DNA from: Atractiella rhizophila
Lineage: Eukaryota
Reading direction: 5' to 3'
Assembly (NCBI GenBank): GCA_021432655.1
Contig: MU271226.1
Coordinates: 62,001-126,000, forward strand
DNA length: 64,000 nt
Positions 1-13,157 of the stretch are shown in pieces. Made by a program: the position numbers and the translations under genes. Below the pieces are notes generated by a model, which was not told where the DNA came from, did not search any database, and saw only the letters and a list, made by a program, of their open reading frames with translations. How positions within the stretch are numbered: position 1 is the stretch's first letter; every line of letters begins with the position of its first letter.

Positions 1-1770
1 CGTTCCTCTGACCACCCACATCCCCACTCCATCCGAAATCGTCGCCTGGGCACAAACAGTCACCCAACCGAGGAGCGGGCGGTCGAAGAAGAATGTGAGG
101 GTTGAGCGGATTAGGATGAAGAAGATGATTTGCAGAGAGACGAGCCGGATGAAGGTTGGCATGAGGGAACGGAGTTGTGAGAAGGAGGTTGGGGAGGGTG
201 AAGTGGGAGGGGAATAAATGGATAGCCATCGAAGGATTAGGGAGGATGTGAAGCTGTGCATGTGGATGGCAGCAAGGAGCGACTACCCGAAGGCGATATC
301 AGTTCCTGGAAAGCATCGATTAATATGCGAGACCTTGGCTGATTACTGCCAAGAACCGCTGGATACAAAACGGTTCAACATGATAGAGCTCTAAAGCTGC
401 TCTCAAGAACACTGCTGCGAAGCCTGACACACAAGTTAAAACTCCAAATTGCTTGGTTGAAAGACGACCATAGTAATTGAGCAATGTAGTATTAGTTGCT
501 CCCACACTTCCCGGCAACAATCTCCCAACCAATGGGAGTTAAACAAAGACTGCAAGACGAAAAAGTCACTCTTCCACCAGAACCTCAAAATCTTAGGTTT
601 TCACCTCGACACAACGAAATACGTTCATGAAGAAAACACGAAAGGAATAAGACTGAGATCCTGCACAGAAAACGAATAGCCTATAACCACCCTGGCATCT
701 CCCAACTTCTACAGACGAAAGAAGATGCACCAAGTAGGTTCCAGATATGATCGATTAATGATCTTTGCATATTTAGTATCGATTAATTAAGCGTCTCATC
801 AAGCAATAAACTCCGGACGTGGATCGCACCATTGGCCTCCTGCAACACTCAGACACTCAGGGCAACACTCAAGGGCAAAATTCACGCTTGTCAGAGGACA
901 CGAGCAAATGCTCTCATCGCATCCTCTCAGGAACCGATGGGGTCCACAACCCAATGTGAAAAATGGAGAGAGAAGACTCTCGTCTCTATCGATATCGCTC
1001 TCCCGATCAACATAAATGAATGAAGTAAACGAAGCGTGTCACCAGATGTGGAGAAAGAAGAGGGTCTACCTGGTGTTAACACAATTTGCAGAACTAAATT
1101 AAGGCTTGTGCCTTGCCCTGCTGCTCACAACATAGATTGTAACGATCATTCTCTCGTCGTGCAAACAAACGAACGAGGGGATTTTGACCAATGAGGGAGT
1201 CTGCTTCCTCTCCTCGCTCCGTTTACGATAGGTGCAGAAGCAGGTGAAACACTTCTCTTTTGTCTCCTTCAAAATTCAAGTAGTCATCTTCGAACAATAC
1301 AGCGATGAGATTCAAAATTTCATCATTTTTCCAAAAGAAAATAGCTTGTAACTTCATAGTGTGTTCGCTGCAGTTTCCTGCTTCTAACATCAGAAGCCTT
1401 TTGCTTCCTTGCCTTCCGCGAAGTAAAGCACAGGAATACTGTAGCTAAGGTCTCCACGGACAAAGACACGACATAGCTTCTTTCAAATCGCGTCGCACAA
1501 TTGCACGCAGAACATCCATCCCATTCCCATTCCAATTCCAATCCAAATCCAAAAAACAAAACATACCCATCCACCCGCCACCCACTTCTCCCACGCACTG
1601 CCCCGCTGAACCAGCACAGAATACTGGTTGGGCAACAAAGTGATGCAGCCTGCGACCACTGCCTGAGCTGGGCCGAGAGAGCGGAAGAGGAGGAGGAGGA
1701 GGAGGAAGTAGCGCGAATAAACGGGCAGGGGAGGGATCGGTGGCCCGCGGGCGTAGGTCGGCGGAGGCAT
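1..1770 (-). CDS. EOS1: EOS1-like membrane protein (N-glycosylation/oxidative-stress family); runs off the window start; 1284-nt first intron
   Basis: Exon 1770-1567 (MPPPTYARGPP...FLLLLLLFRS...SAWEKWVAGGW) ends at a GTATGT donor. It splices in phase 0 to a TAG acceptor (283-285, branch CTGAT) and continues SLLAAIHMHSFTSSLILRWLSIYSP...PTFIRLVSLQ...RPLLGW...MWV. This matches my recollection of the EOS1 pattern L..RW...YSP...IRL..LQ. Confidence 0.7.
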
Positions 1771-3368
1771 TGGGTATCGTTGGGCTGATGGGCTGAGGCT
1801 GAAGGCGCTGGTTGGTCGTTTGTGGCGCAGGCGCAATGGAAGGAATGTTGATCCATTATGTCCATTTCGGCCGGGCAATTTGCGACCACGATAATCGATG
1901 ATTGAATTGCCAGATGATTGGATCGTGCTTCTTGACGCAGGTCTGCCAGTAAGACTCAAAGGAAAGGCCCGTGACGAATATTATGAAAAGGGGTATGCAC
2001 TCAAGGGAGAGGAGAACTCGTTGAAAGGTGTGTAGTATCTTGGAGAGAACAGAACGAAAGGCGGCGATGTGTTACTCTACATTTGTCGAATAAGTGTTTT
2101 AGGTGCCTTCCTTGAGAAAACAACCTCTTCTCATCAGAGCAAAAAGTTCAAGTTGTGCAAAATCTTACAGCCCGCCGATTACGGCGAGAAGGAGCTAGAG
2201 AGCGGAACTCCAGTGTGTTCACTATAGATTATAACTGTAGCTGTCTGGGGTTCTTGCAATGGTTCTGTCCTACTATGACTTCGTCAGGCTGCATAACACT
2301 TGTTTGTGAAAATGAAACAGAGTAACAGACTAACTGCACGAAATTTCGATTGTCCCTCGACTTAAGCAAATTGTAATGGTATTGACCTCCCTCGTCGCCT
2401 GAACCCAGAAAGTGAGAGATGGGGAAAGCTACTAGCTTCTCGAAGGAAGTGTGGTTAAAGAACGAGTGAAGGCAGAGACCTGAAGTAATCTAGGTGCTAG
2501 ATGAGGGTGAAGGGAAGCTAGCGTGGCCTCTCGAAGGAACGAAAGAAAGTTGATCTTTCAGACGCTCCGGTCGAAGCGAATGCGTAAAAGGAAGAAGGGG
2601 AGCTAAAGGAGGCGGAATTGAGGCAAATATATGAAGATCTGGAACAAGAAGTTGAACCGGAGAATCAGGCAAAAGTGATTCTGAAAGAGCTGCAAGATGA
2701 ATTAGTGAGGCAGGATGTGATGGAAAGATCAAGAAGAAAGCGACAAAACGTAGAGCGTGTCTCTTTCTCTTCCTACCACAAACAGCTTAGCTTTGACAGC
2801 TTGCCTTGGAGTGGGAGAATTTCTAAGACGCCGCGTTCTGAGGGAGAGGACCGGTTCCCATCTCACGACGATGGCAATACACCGGTAACTGCTGCTAGCA
2901 CTCCATCTGATGACACAGCAGCAGCAGAAAATGTATACAGTTCTTCCAGCATTGTCCGACTCTCTCCCGATTCGTCCATCCGCCGTCAAAATCGAATTTG
3001 GCCGTGAAACCGCTTAGACTAATTGAATAAAGTGTCCACGTCTTAGATGTGGCTTATGAGCGAGGCTGCAGTTCTCAATGGGTTAGGTAGGTATAATCTC
3101 ACTAATCTAACAAAGTAAGGTCATCCTGCACAACGTTAATGCATCAATAAACCTTCTATTCCAAACTACAAGCCAGAGCACAGTTAGCGATCTTGATGAA
3201 GGCTGATTGGGACGCACCTCTACACGCTTGCGCTGAACACACCTAGCCCGCTTTTGCTCATCGCTCTCCTGCTGTCGCTTGTGCACGATATGCATTGGGA
3301 GAGCACGGTATCCGTCAGCTACTTCATAGTAGACTCCTGTCTTGGTATCCTGGACAAGATAGTGGTCA

Positions 3369-3963
3369 TCACAACAGTCCGCGATGGCGATGGTGAACTT
3401 TGATGGAACAGGTGGTGCTGGACGATTCTATAAGAGAAATCTCTCTAGGAGAAGTAAACACACCAAATTCATCATACTCTTCATTATGGTGTTCGCTGTC
3501 AGCGCTCATTGATCTCATCGTTAGTCGCTCCTTGATCCCTATACCGATAATCTCAGTTATCAGAAAGAGCTGGGACAAGAGCCGAACCAGATGGAGCTTG
3601 CACATTGTCAATTCTATCATCACTTCGAATCCCTCTCACTCTTCTCTCTTCATGTCTCCTCTTCCTCTTCCTCTTCGCCTCTGCTTCGATATTCAACAGC
3701 TCGCGACGAGGATCAACATCCCCAGCCTTAACAGGCGAGCTAAACGGTTCTTCTTCGAGGAGTGAGCGGTGTAATGACGATAAAGGTAAGCTTCGACCTG
3801 TTGTTGGGGTTCCAGAAGGTGATGGCGAGCCATCCGGCGCGACGAGGACTTTGACGTTCGAAGCATTTGGTGGAGTGTGCCACAGCGGTAGTGAGGCCGG
3901 AGAGTCTCTGCGCAGAGAAATGGAAGAGTTGAAGGGAGAGCGAGGCGGCGTTTGTGGATCCAT
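3369..3963 (-). CDS. Hypothetical Ser/Pro-rich protein with a basic NLS-like stretch (KRKRKRR); 3' exon structure uncertain
   Basis: ORF 3553-3972 begins MDPQTPPRSPF, and plausible GT-AG introns lie downstream. No recognisable domain. Confidence 0.35.
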
Positions 3964-5277
3964 ATTGCCCACATACTACTCTGCAGCCCTTTTACGCCTG
4001 AGGAGAAAAGGCTCGAGCGTCATGAAACAAGACGCGAAATTAAAAGTCAAAGAACAAGGAACGATTTGCGCCAGCATTGCCGTGCATTTTACAACCACTT
4101 GTTTCAATTGAAGAGCCTACGAGCCTCAGCTGGTCTTTTTTTGTAGAATTATTATGTTTTGTCAATTCCAGATAAAAAAATTCTGAAAGTCTTTCCTCAC
4201 TCTAGCTCGCTATTCAGCCATTCAACTATACCAAACAGATGGGAGAATTCTCGGAAATGTTCCTGGTTACTGATGGCAGGAAATCATGTGCTCAGATGCC
4301 CCGTATTAGGCCAACTTTCAGGAAAATAATGGACAAGTGAGCAACAAATACTCTTAACGATGGCGGTCGTCTGAGTCCAGGTACTTTCTCAAGTAAGCTA
4401 CTTTTGATCCCGCTCTGCATTAGGCCATCACGCTTTTTGTTCTAGAAGGGATATCGTCGTTGTTCAAAGAGGAAGACCCAGACACAGTATCAGTATCTGA
4501 CTAATGCAACATACCACAGTGCCTCCTGATAGTGAGAGATTACCGTAAACGACGTCGATGGAAAATAGCGGAGTCCTCAAGCGCTCTCCTTCAGGTTTCA
4601 ACGTTCGAGCCCCATTTAATGTGGTACTTTTAATTTACCATAACGAAAAGAAACAGGATGCAGTGCTCCAGACGGACAGGGCATGCTCGCCACTTTTTAG
4701 AAGCCTCCGTTCTATTGACAAGCAGTAATGCTCTCGTGCATAATTGAGAGTATTTGGAGGAGAGAAGACAGAGTATGTTCAGTGGGTTCCTCCTGTTCGA
4801 GCGACCCTGTTGCATTTTGGGTTTTAAAGCTTCTCACACATCTATTCGAGGCTTGGCCGCTCTTCATCCCGTTACCACATCAAAAGAGAAACGAACCATC
4901 CACATTATTCACATATGTATGTCTATAATTTGCAAGCTATCTATATCCCCTGCCAGCAATAGTCCCGGCCTCCTTTATGTCCCTTCCATTTCTGTTTCCG
5001 GCGGAGACCTTGGCTGGTGCTTCTAAAAGGTTCGTCGCTATTCACGGATATGAACCAACACAGGATCAACGAATGTTTACAATAGGTCTCCAAGGGTAAC
5101 TTGGTTGTTGAGAGGAAGATATTCGAAGAAGCGTAATTACGTAGTCGCTCTGCTTCAAGGGTCAAACAAAACGACGATCGCACGACCCTCAATCGACAAC
5201 AAGTCCTCTCCCGATAAAGCGATAAGCCAGGGGAAGCATTGGCAGCATAGTCAAGCCTTCGATCAAGTAGACTAAAC

Positions 5278-8200
5278 ATGAATTTCTTAACCAAACTCGC
5301 TAAAGAGTTGACAGTCGACTTGCCCGAGAACTTAGAGAGGTCTATCTTTCACGTTCTGCTAGCTGCGACAAGAATGATCATGACTGACAATTTCTCTGCG
5401 TCGATTGTAGGTTGCACACCCAGGTGGTAACTACTCTGAACCCCAACCGTTCGTCTTTTCTATTTCTCCAGGTAGGGATACATGCAGAATACTGTTGCAT
5501 TTATAGACCGTCACGATGAGGAGTACGAGAAGGAGCAAGACCGGATTCGTACCGAGATCGCAGAGTCGCATCGGTTCACCTCGTTTGCGCCTGTGAGGCA
5601 GGGAAACAATGTGAAGTGGTACATCGACGGTTTGTTCTTCGTCTCTGTTCAGGAAAGGGAAGGTTGAAGTGGTCGGATGGTAGGGCATGATTATTTCTGG
5701 GCCCTCAGCGAAATGCTCGACAGTGCCAGAGAATGTATCTTCATCCTGGATTGGTGGCTTACTCCTGAACTCGTGCGCACTGCCTACCATCTTTGAATTA
5801 GACAGGTTGAGAATGAGGAACAGTATCTGAGACGGCCACCGGAAAAACATGAGGATTATCGGCTGGATAGGATCTTGAAGAGGAAAGCGGAACAAGGAGT
5901 AAAGGTGTACATCATCGTTTACAAAGAGGTTTGTTTTTCCTCTCGCTATGTAAACTCCGTCATTTGTCTTGATCTGATAGTGTATTTTTGATCAATAGGT
6001 CACTCAAACAATGACCATGTCCTCCGCTCACACGAAACATTTCCTCGAAGATGCCCACCGCAACATAGCAGTGATGAGACATCCTGAGTCCGTCCCTCAT
6101 CTCCTTTTCTTCAGACGGCCTTAACGCGATGAACCAAAATAGCCATATCGGGGGAGATGTGACTCTCTACTGGTCTCACCATGAGAAAGTGGTGGTTGTG
6201 GATAACATCATGGCCTGCATTGGTGGACTCGACATTTGTTTCGGACGATGGGACACCCACTCTTTGTTCGTCATTACTTACTTGACTCCCATCCATCTTG
6301 ACTTCTGATATGTGATGAACAGCCCAATGTCGGACATTCACCCCTTCGATTTCTCCCTCACGCTCTTCCCTGGTCAAGATTACAACAATGCCCGTATCCA
6401 GGACTTCCAGAATGTGGACAAGTGGGCAAGCAACCAGCAGAGTAGGACGGAGATTGGGAGGATGCCTTGGCATGGTTTGTCGCCTTCCCTTACTCTTTAC
6501 GTATGATGATGACAAGGTGATTGTAGACACGCATATGACGGTTCATTCTCCTAACTTTTTTTCTCACAGAGAAATCATGCTGATGGCATATTCAGATGGT
6601 AGGACCCATTGTGATGGACATTGCTCAACATTACGTCGAGCGTTGGAACTTCGTGAAGGCGAGTAAATACAAGAGCGATGAGTGCGTCCCTTCCCGCCTT
6701 ACTCTTGCGTTTTCGCTACCCTAACCTCTTCATACCTTTTCCTCCCTCTCCACGATCACAGTCGATACGATTGGCTCGCCTTCCCTCACACCGTCGACTT
6801 TTCTGGGACGGGGAGAGAGAACGAGGAATTCGAGAGAATGGAACAGCGCGAGATCGCGGACCATATAACGAGACATCCGCACTGGGAAATGTTCAAGAAG
6901 GTCGGAAGAAGGTTCACTGCCCATGAGAGGAACGATGAAGATGCGGGAATGCATTCTGGGAGAGAGAGGGGAAAGAAAGGAGGGATGACAGTGCAGGCGT
7001 TGAGGAGTTCGGCTGATTGGAGTCATGGGATTTTGACTGAGGTTCGTGCTTCCTGACTGAAGGAAGATAACGGTAAATAGAGGAAACGCTGATAAATTAC
7101 TTTGTCCGGTGGGAGTAGCATTCGATCCAGAACGCTTACATTCAGTTGATCCGGGAAGCGAATCACTTCATTTACATCGAAAATCAATTTTTCATCTCCA
7201 ATACGATGACGGAAAATGGTGTCGTCAAGAATTTGATAGCTATGGCTTTAGTGGAGAGGATTCTGCAAGCTGCAAAGGCTGGCAAGAAGTTCAAAGTTAT
7301 CGTTCTGTACGCCCTCTCACGCTTTCCAAGCCCAGCTCCGGAAGATATGTACTAAGGAGTGTCATGTAGCATCCCAGCCATTCCTGGTTTTGCTGGCGAT
7401 GTTAAGGACAGCGCTTCCCTCCTCGCTATCATGGGCTTCACGTGTGTTTCCGTTCAACCGACTTTGATCATGCTGAAGGATTACTGGTAGGTATAAGACT
7501 ATCTGCCGTGGAGGAACTTCCATCATGGAGTTGATCGAAAAAGCGGTGTGTTTTTTTTCGAGCTGAAACTAGTTGATACGCTTCTGATTGTGGTTGATGC
7601 GCAAGGGGTACAATCCATCTGATTACATCTCTTTCTACAACCTTCGCTCTTATGACCGCCTCTCCAACTCACCTGAAGTTTTGAAGGAAATGGAGCAGCG
7701 TTCTGGCATGACCTTCCTTGAGGCGCAGGCTGCCCAAGTCCGGATCTACCTTGGAGACAATCCGTCACAAAAGGACCTGGAGGCAAACTCAAAGGTCAAG
7801 TTCAAGAAGGCACAAGTAGGTGAATCTCTGCAGGCGGATGTGAAGAGTGCAGATGGGGATATCATCACTCTTGATCTCCCGACAGATATCTGGAAGGCGA
7901 GGGAGATGGTGAAGCGATGGCAAGAGGCAGCACCGTCCATGGAAAGGAGAGTCAAGAATTCGATCAATCATCATGCCTTGAAGAGTGGTGGATCTATCTT
8001 TGATGAACCATGGGTTGGAGATGAAGAGACTGAGAAGATGGCTTATGTTACCGAGGTAAGTTATCCTTTCTTTCGTCCAGGACGATTATTGACGATGTTC
8101 GCAGGAATGTGCGTGTTTCGACACTTCTCCCTAGCTCACTCATGCCGAACTGCCTGCCAGTGTATATTCACACGAGTAAGCCTACTAACTACCAATTTGT

Positions 8201-9178
8201 TCAAGGCTGATAGGATATCATTCCTACTCCAGAGCTTATGATTGTCGATGATCGGAGAGTTATCATGGGCTCTGCTAATCTGAATGACAGATCTCAGAAG
8301 TACGCTTCGTCTTCCGTAACTCAGCACGAGCTAACGGCATAATGATAGCGGCGATCATGATTCTGAGATTGCTTGTGTCGTTGAGGACACCAACATGGTA
8401 GAGTCCGAAATGAATGGGGAGAAGGCACGTTGACATCGTCCAATTTGTTCTTCATTCTAAGCTTGAACGGTACAGTACATGGCGTCTCAATTCGCGACGA
8501 CCCTTCGGCGACAACTGATGAAGTGCATATGCTCCCTGCTGTGTTTTAAACACGCTCACTGGTGACCAGGTATCATCTTGGTCTCGCACCTCCTCAATAT
8601 TGCCCTCCACACGAGGAACCAAGCGACGCCATGCATCCCGTTGGAACACCCCAAGTGTACGAGTTCGACACGGAAGAAGATCTTGCCATCAGGGTATTCC
8701 CTAATCTCTACTCCACTGTCACTTGGAAATTGACAATTGGACAATACAGGACCCGCTATCCGATAGCTTTGAGCGTCTCTGGAAGGGCACAGCAAGGCAG
8801 AACGCAGACTTGTTTGAACAGGTATTCCATTGTGTACCAGCCAAGAACAGTGCGCTTTCCTCCACTTGTCTACTGCATAGTCAGGATTAATAGGTTTGTG
8901 ATTTAGTCCCAGATTGGGCGACGTATAAGACTTTCGTCCCTCAACCGCCGATGAAGGTTGGACATATTGCCTCTCCCTCTATGCCTCTTTCCTTTGTTAA
9001 GGTACGTTAATCGCCTATACTTGGTGAGATTGAGCTAAATGGCTGTTACAACGTATAGGACAACATCGCGAAGATTCGTGGCCATCTGGTCGAGATGCCA
9101 CTGGACTTCTTGAGCAAAGAAAAGCTCGTCGAAGGTGGCCTGGAAGTCAACCTTGCGACCGTTGCCATTTACATTTAA
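5278..9178 (+). CDS. Phospholipase D with two HKD motifs and a short N-terminus; many introns
   Basis: Spliced motifs: HRFTSFAPVR..VKWYID, IFILDWWLTPEL, WSHHEKVVVVD (HKD1), GGLDICFGRWDT, PGQDYNNAR, RMPWHD, HFIYIENQFF, LYIHTKLMIVDD..GSANLNDRSQ (HKD2), DSEIA. Stop TAA at 9176-9178. Confidence 0.95.
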
Positions 9179-9513
9179 TGATTTCGTCCGGTCCAGGAAG
9201 ATCGAAGACGAAAACAGAAATTGAAAGAAAAAGAAGAATTTCTTGCTTGTAACGCTAACGTGTTATTATTTACGACTGAATCGAATGGAAAATTGAATAA
9301 TAGATCACTATAAGCTTGCTTTGACTCTTAATCCCACTTTTAAGAATATTGGCAGTTCGCTGTCACACTCGGATGTCTCTCTGTCAGCTGCAGGTGCACG
9401 TTTTCTGCTCGCTCAGGCAATCAAGAAGAACAGTCGGATCTATTGCACACCAAAGAGTCCATACATACATGCCTCCCAACTAACAACGAACTTTCCTTAC
9501 ATGCCACTTTCAC

Positions 9514-10935
9514 CTACGCACCTCCACGAGCCCTAATGGCGTCCAACTGACTCGCCCAAGTGGTCGCAACCTGAGGACACCCAACACCGGGACCCTTCAA
9601 ATTCTGAAGAGTGATGGTGGAAATGGTGAAGATGGTCTCGATGTCTTGCAAGCTGTTACCAGAGGGGAAGGCGGGAACGGATACTGCAGGATTGTTCACT
9701 GCGTGTCCGACTCCAACGTTCGCAATCATTTGTTGGATGAACTCGTCACGGTTGGGAGGGCAGGTGCAGGGGATGAGCTTGCCGTTGACTCCGACGCATC
9801 TATCACATCAACCAAGCATCGTCAGCCAACGCCCGTGAAGGTGGAGCGCCAAAGAAGGAGACATACGAAGCGCTGCCTGCGGGGTCAGGGACGCCAGGGG
9901 TCACGCCAAATTCAGGTACGCGGGAAGCATCGACTCCGTTTGTGTTACCTGCGGCGGGAGCAGGAGCGGGAGTAGCAGGAGCAGGAGCGGCAGCCTGTTG
10001 AGCAGGGGCAGGGCTGGTTGCGCCTCCGTTAGCTTGAATGGCCGCCAGCTGGCTGGCCCAGGTGGTTGCGACTTGAGGGCATCCAACACCGGGTCCTTTG
10101 AGGTTCTGAAGGGTGACGGTGGAGATAGTGAAGATAGTCTCAATGTCTTGCAGGCTGTTACCGGAGGGGAAGGCGGGAACAGACACGGCAGGGTTGTTCA
10201 CTGCGTGTCCAGCTCCAACGTTTGCAATCATTTGTTGGATGAAGTCGTCACGGTTTGGAGGGCAGGTGCAGGGGATGAGCTTTCCATTCACTCCCACGCA
10301 CCTATTCCACACGCAAAAGGACGTCAGTTGTGCGCCAAGGATAAAGAATGAAGGGAGACATACGAAGCGCTTCCAGCTGGATCAGGGACACCGGGAGTCA
10401 CGCCAAACTCAGGCACCCTGGATGCATCCACGCCATTGGTATTTCCATTAGAAGCAGCCGGAGCAGGTGCAGCAGGTGCAGGTGCGGCAGGAGCAGGAGC
10501 AGGGCTGGTAGCACCACCGTTGGCTTGAATGGCAGCCAATTGGCTAGCCCAGGTGGTAGCGACTTGAGGGCAACCCACACCTGGTCCATTGAGGTTCTGA
10601 AGGGTGACGGTGGAGATAGTGAAGATGGTCTCGATATCCTGGAGGCTGTTTCCGGACGGGAAGGCAGGCACAGAGACTGCAGGGTTGTTGATTGCATGTC
10701 CAGCTCCTACGTTAGCAATCATTTGCTGAATGAAGTTGTCGCGGTTGGGAGGACAGGTGCAAGGGATCAGCTTGTTGTCTACTCCGACACATCTGTACCA
10801 TTCAAAGCCATTTTTTAGAACAAGTTGGTGACGTTTTCGCCAGAAGAAATACGGACGAAGCGCTCCCTGCTGGGTCCTTTACACCAGGCGTGACTCCGAA
10901 TTCAGGAACGCGGGAAGCGTCAACCCCATTCGTCT
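9514..10935 (-). repeat. Intragenic tandem triplication with ~490-500 bp units
   Basis: Three copies with nearly identical translation, many third-position differences and dissimilar introns. Confidence 0.9.
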
Positions 10936-11017
10936 GCCTCTTCTGTGAAAGCTTGAGAGGAGCCGCATTAACAGCGGAGAGGGCGAGGAAGGATAAAGCG
11001 AAGATGCTCTTCATCAT
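9514..11017 (-). CDS. Secreted protein with three tandem ~110-aa four-Cys domains and Pro/Ala linkers
   Basis: Signal peptide MMKSIFALSFLALSAVNA and a KR (Kex2-like) site, then three near-identical units (TNGVDASRVPEFG...CVGV..KLIPCTCPPNRD.F...LQNL.GPGVGCPQVATTW). Each unit has a phase-2 intron at the same position. Confidence 0.9.
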
Positions 11018-11708
11018 TTTGAACTGTAATTCGACGAGGAATCGATTGTTTTATAAGCTGAAAGCTGGACTTTTGGTAGGTGGTTAAAGAGTGCAAATCT
11101 CGCTAGGAGGGAGATCGATCCAGTCGGGACTTCTTGGAAGTCTTGAAGGCGTAAAATCCACTGGGGACGAGGAGTACGGAACGAAGGACTGAGACGAGCA
11201 CGCTCGTGGACCGAAGGACCAAAAGAGATGGAAGGGGAAGGCGAAGAGGCTGAGAGCGAAGGGATAGATGAGAATGGTCTCGGGCAAAGTCATGGCGCTT
11301 TTATGGGAGCTTTGAGGTGCCAACCTGCGAGTCCTGGCAAGATCCTGGAATACTCTCGTTGAGGAGATGCCATGCTGCGATGAAACGCAGCAACAACATC
11401 CGACATCGCTGTGCCAGTCAGGTGACTTCACTTCAGGAACAGGCGTTGTTCAACAGGCATTTGGATGCTTGCTTACTGACAGGCAATCGGAACAGGGCAC
11501 AGGGGCGCGGAAGGGAGGACAGAGGTATGAGCAAAAGACAGTGGATTATTGCCGAAGTCTATATTAAAATGAGCCCATAACATGAAACCAACTAACCTAA
11601 CCGCTCGTTAGGGGTGACTTGATATCTCTACACGCAACCGATCAATAGCTTAAGCACACTGTACAACCCAACCACCTCCAACCCAACCCTCAACGAAGGA
11701 GACAACAA

Positions 11709-13064
11709 TCACTTTGTCTTCTTCGATTCCGAGTCCACCTTCTTCGAAGCCTTCTCGTCCCTCTGCTTTGCCCTCAGTGCCTTGTAACCGGTGTCGGTCT
11801 TGAATCTGTTTCATAACTATGGTTAGGAGGAGGAGACGCAGAGATGAGGATGTAGAAGACGAACAAATGATCCCAAATCCTGAAAGAGGTGCTGTAGCAG
11901 CCGAGGAAAGCTTGGTGGTGATAGTCGTGGTGGTCAGCTCCAGCCCAGAGGGGGAACCAATTGTGGAGGGACCAGGGGAAGTCTACACCCACTCTTTAGT
12001 ATCTCGCTCTTGAAGAAAGGAAACCTGGGAACACACCATAGCCGGAATGTGCGTCCACGGCTTGGAAGAGACGGAGGATGATCCAGACATAGACAGTGGC
12101 GATGTGGAGGTTTCCCTTGGACCAGGTGCACCAGAGGAAAGGTCCTCCGATGGTTCCCATAGACAGAACGATGATCTCGACCGGGTGAGCATACTCAGCA
12201 GCCTATCCTTTCATGAGCAAGGAGGGACGGAATATTGGGGGAGGGACGAACGAGACCAAAGGGTGCAGAGTATTCGTGATGGATCTTGTGAACGTGCTTG
12301 TACAATGCCTTGTGGTGCATGAGTCGGTGGGCCCAGTAGTGGAAGAAGTCTTCGAAGAAGAAAAAGATGACGACCTATCCATCCCAAACGATCAACATTC
12401 ACTTCCAACAGAGCAGGGGGAAGCAGATACCTGGTAAGCAATCGTCTGCCAGCTTGGGAAGGGAACGGAGTGTGTGGCCATTCCGAAATACTCGCAAATG
12501 GGATGGAAGCCCCAGATCTGAAGACCACGAAACCTTTTCATTTAGCGCTGCAACTTTCAGTGTGGAGAAGGAGAAACGCACCAAAGGGAGTTCAACCATG
12601 ATGTGAGTCTTCAGCACATACTTTGTTGCCTTCCACTGCTCCGCTAGCGAGTGTGATTTCGCCTGTAGTTGCATCAAGTCAAAAACTTCTTCACCGAAGC
12701 TGCAAGTGGGAAGAGACGAACCTCTTGTAATTTCCATTGCTTGAAGTAGTCGAACTGCTCTACTATCATCCAAGGGATGCACCGTCCAAAGTAAAAGAAC
12801 TACGGCTTCTTCAAAACCCATCCGAATGAGCTTGGAGGAAAAGAAGGAACGTACCTCGTGCAATAAAAAGCTCATGACACCCGTAGCGACGACGGGATTT
12901 CCCCAATAAAGATACCAATTAACCCACCATCTCTCCATAAAATTAAGGCTCTCAAAGTCCGTTCCCTTGTAGAGTACGTCTGCGGGCACGTTGTCAGAGA
13001 GGAGGTCGTAGGCCTGTGATGGCACCCAAGCGGAGGCGTTGAAGCGAGATAAAAGGGAAGTCAT
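11709..13064 (-). CDS. ERG25: C-4 methylsterol oxidase
   Basis: [19 protein letters not shown], His boxes HRLMH / HKIHH / [37 protein letters not shown]. Confidence 0.95.
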
Positions 13065-13157
13065 CTTCAAGACTCGTATGCCTGCTTTGCTCTGTGAAGT
13101 TGAGCTTTTGTAAGTGGCGATAGGAGAAGTTGAGAGATGAGGGAGGAAACTCGTCGT

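Noticed and set aside
1687..1706. (GAG)n microsatellite
   Set aside because: It encodes the poly-Leu hydrophobic segment of the EOS1-like exon on the minus strand.
2400..3007. Charged plus-strand ORF 2618-3007
   Set aside because: No ATG start, stops upstream and no recognisable domain; possibly a relic but unsupported.
9611..10818. Several long plus-strand ORFs over the repeat gene
   Set aside because: Antisense shadows of the GC-rich minus-strand coding repeats.
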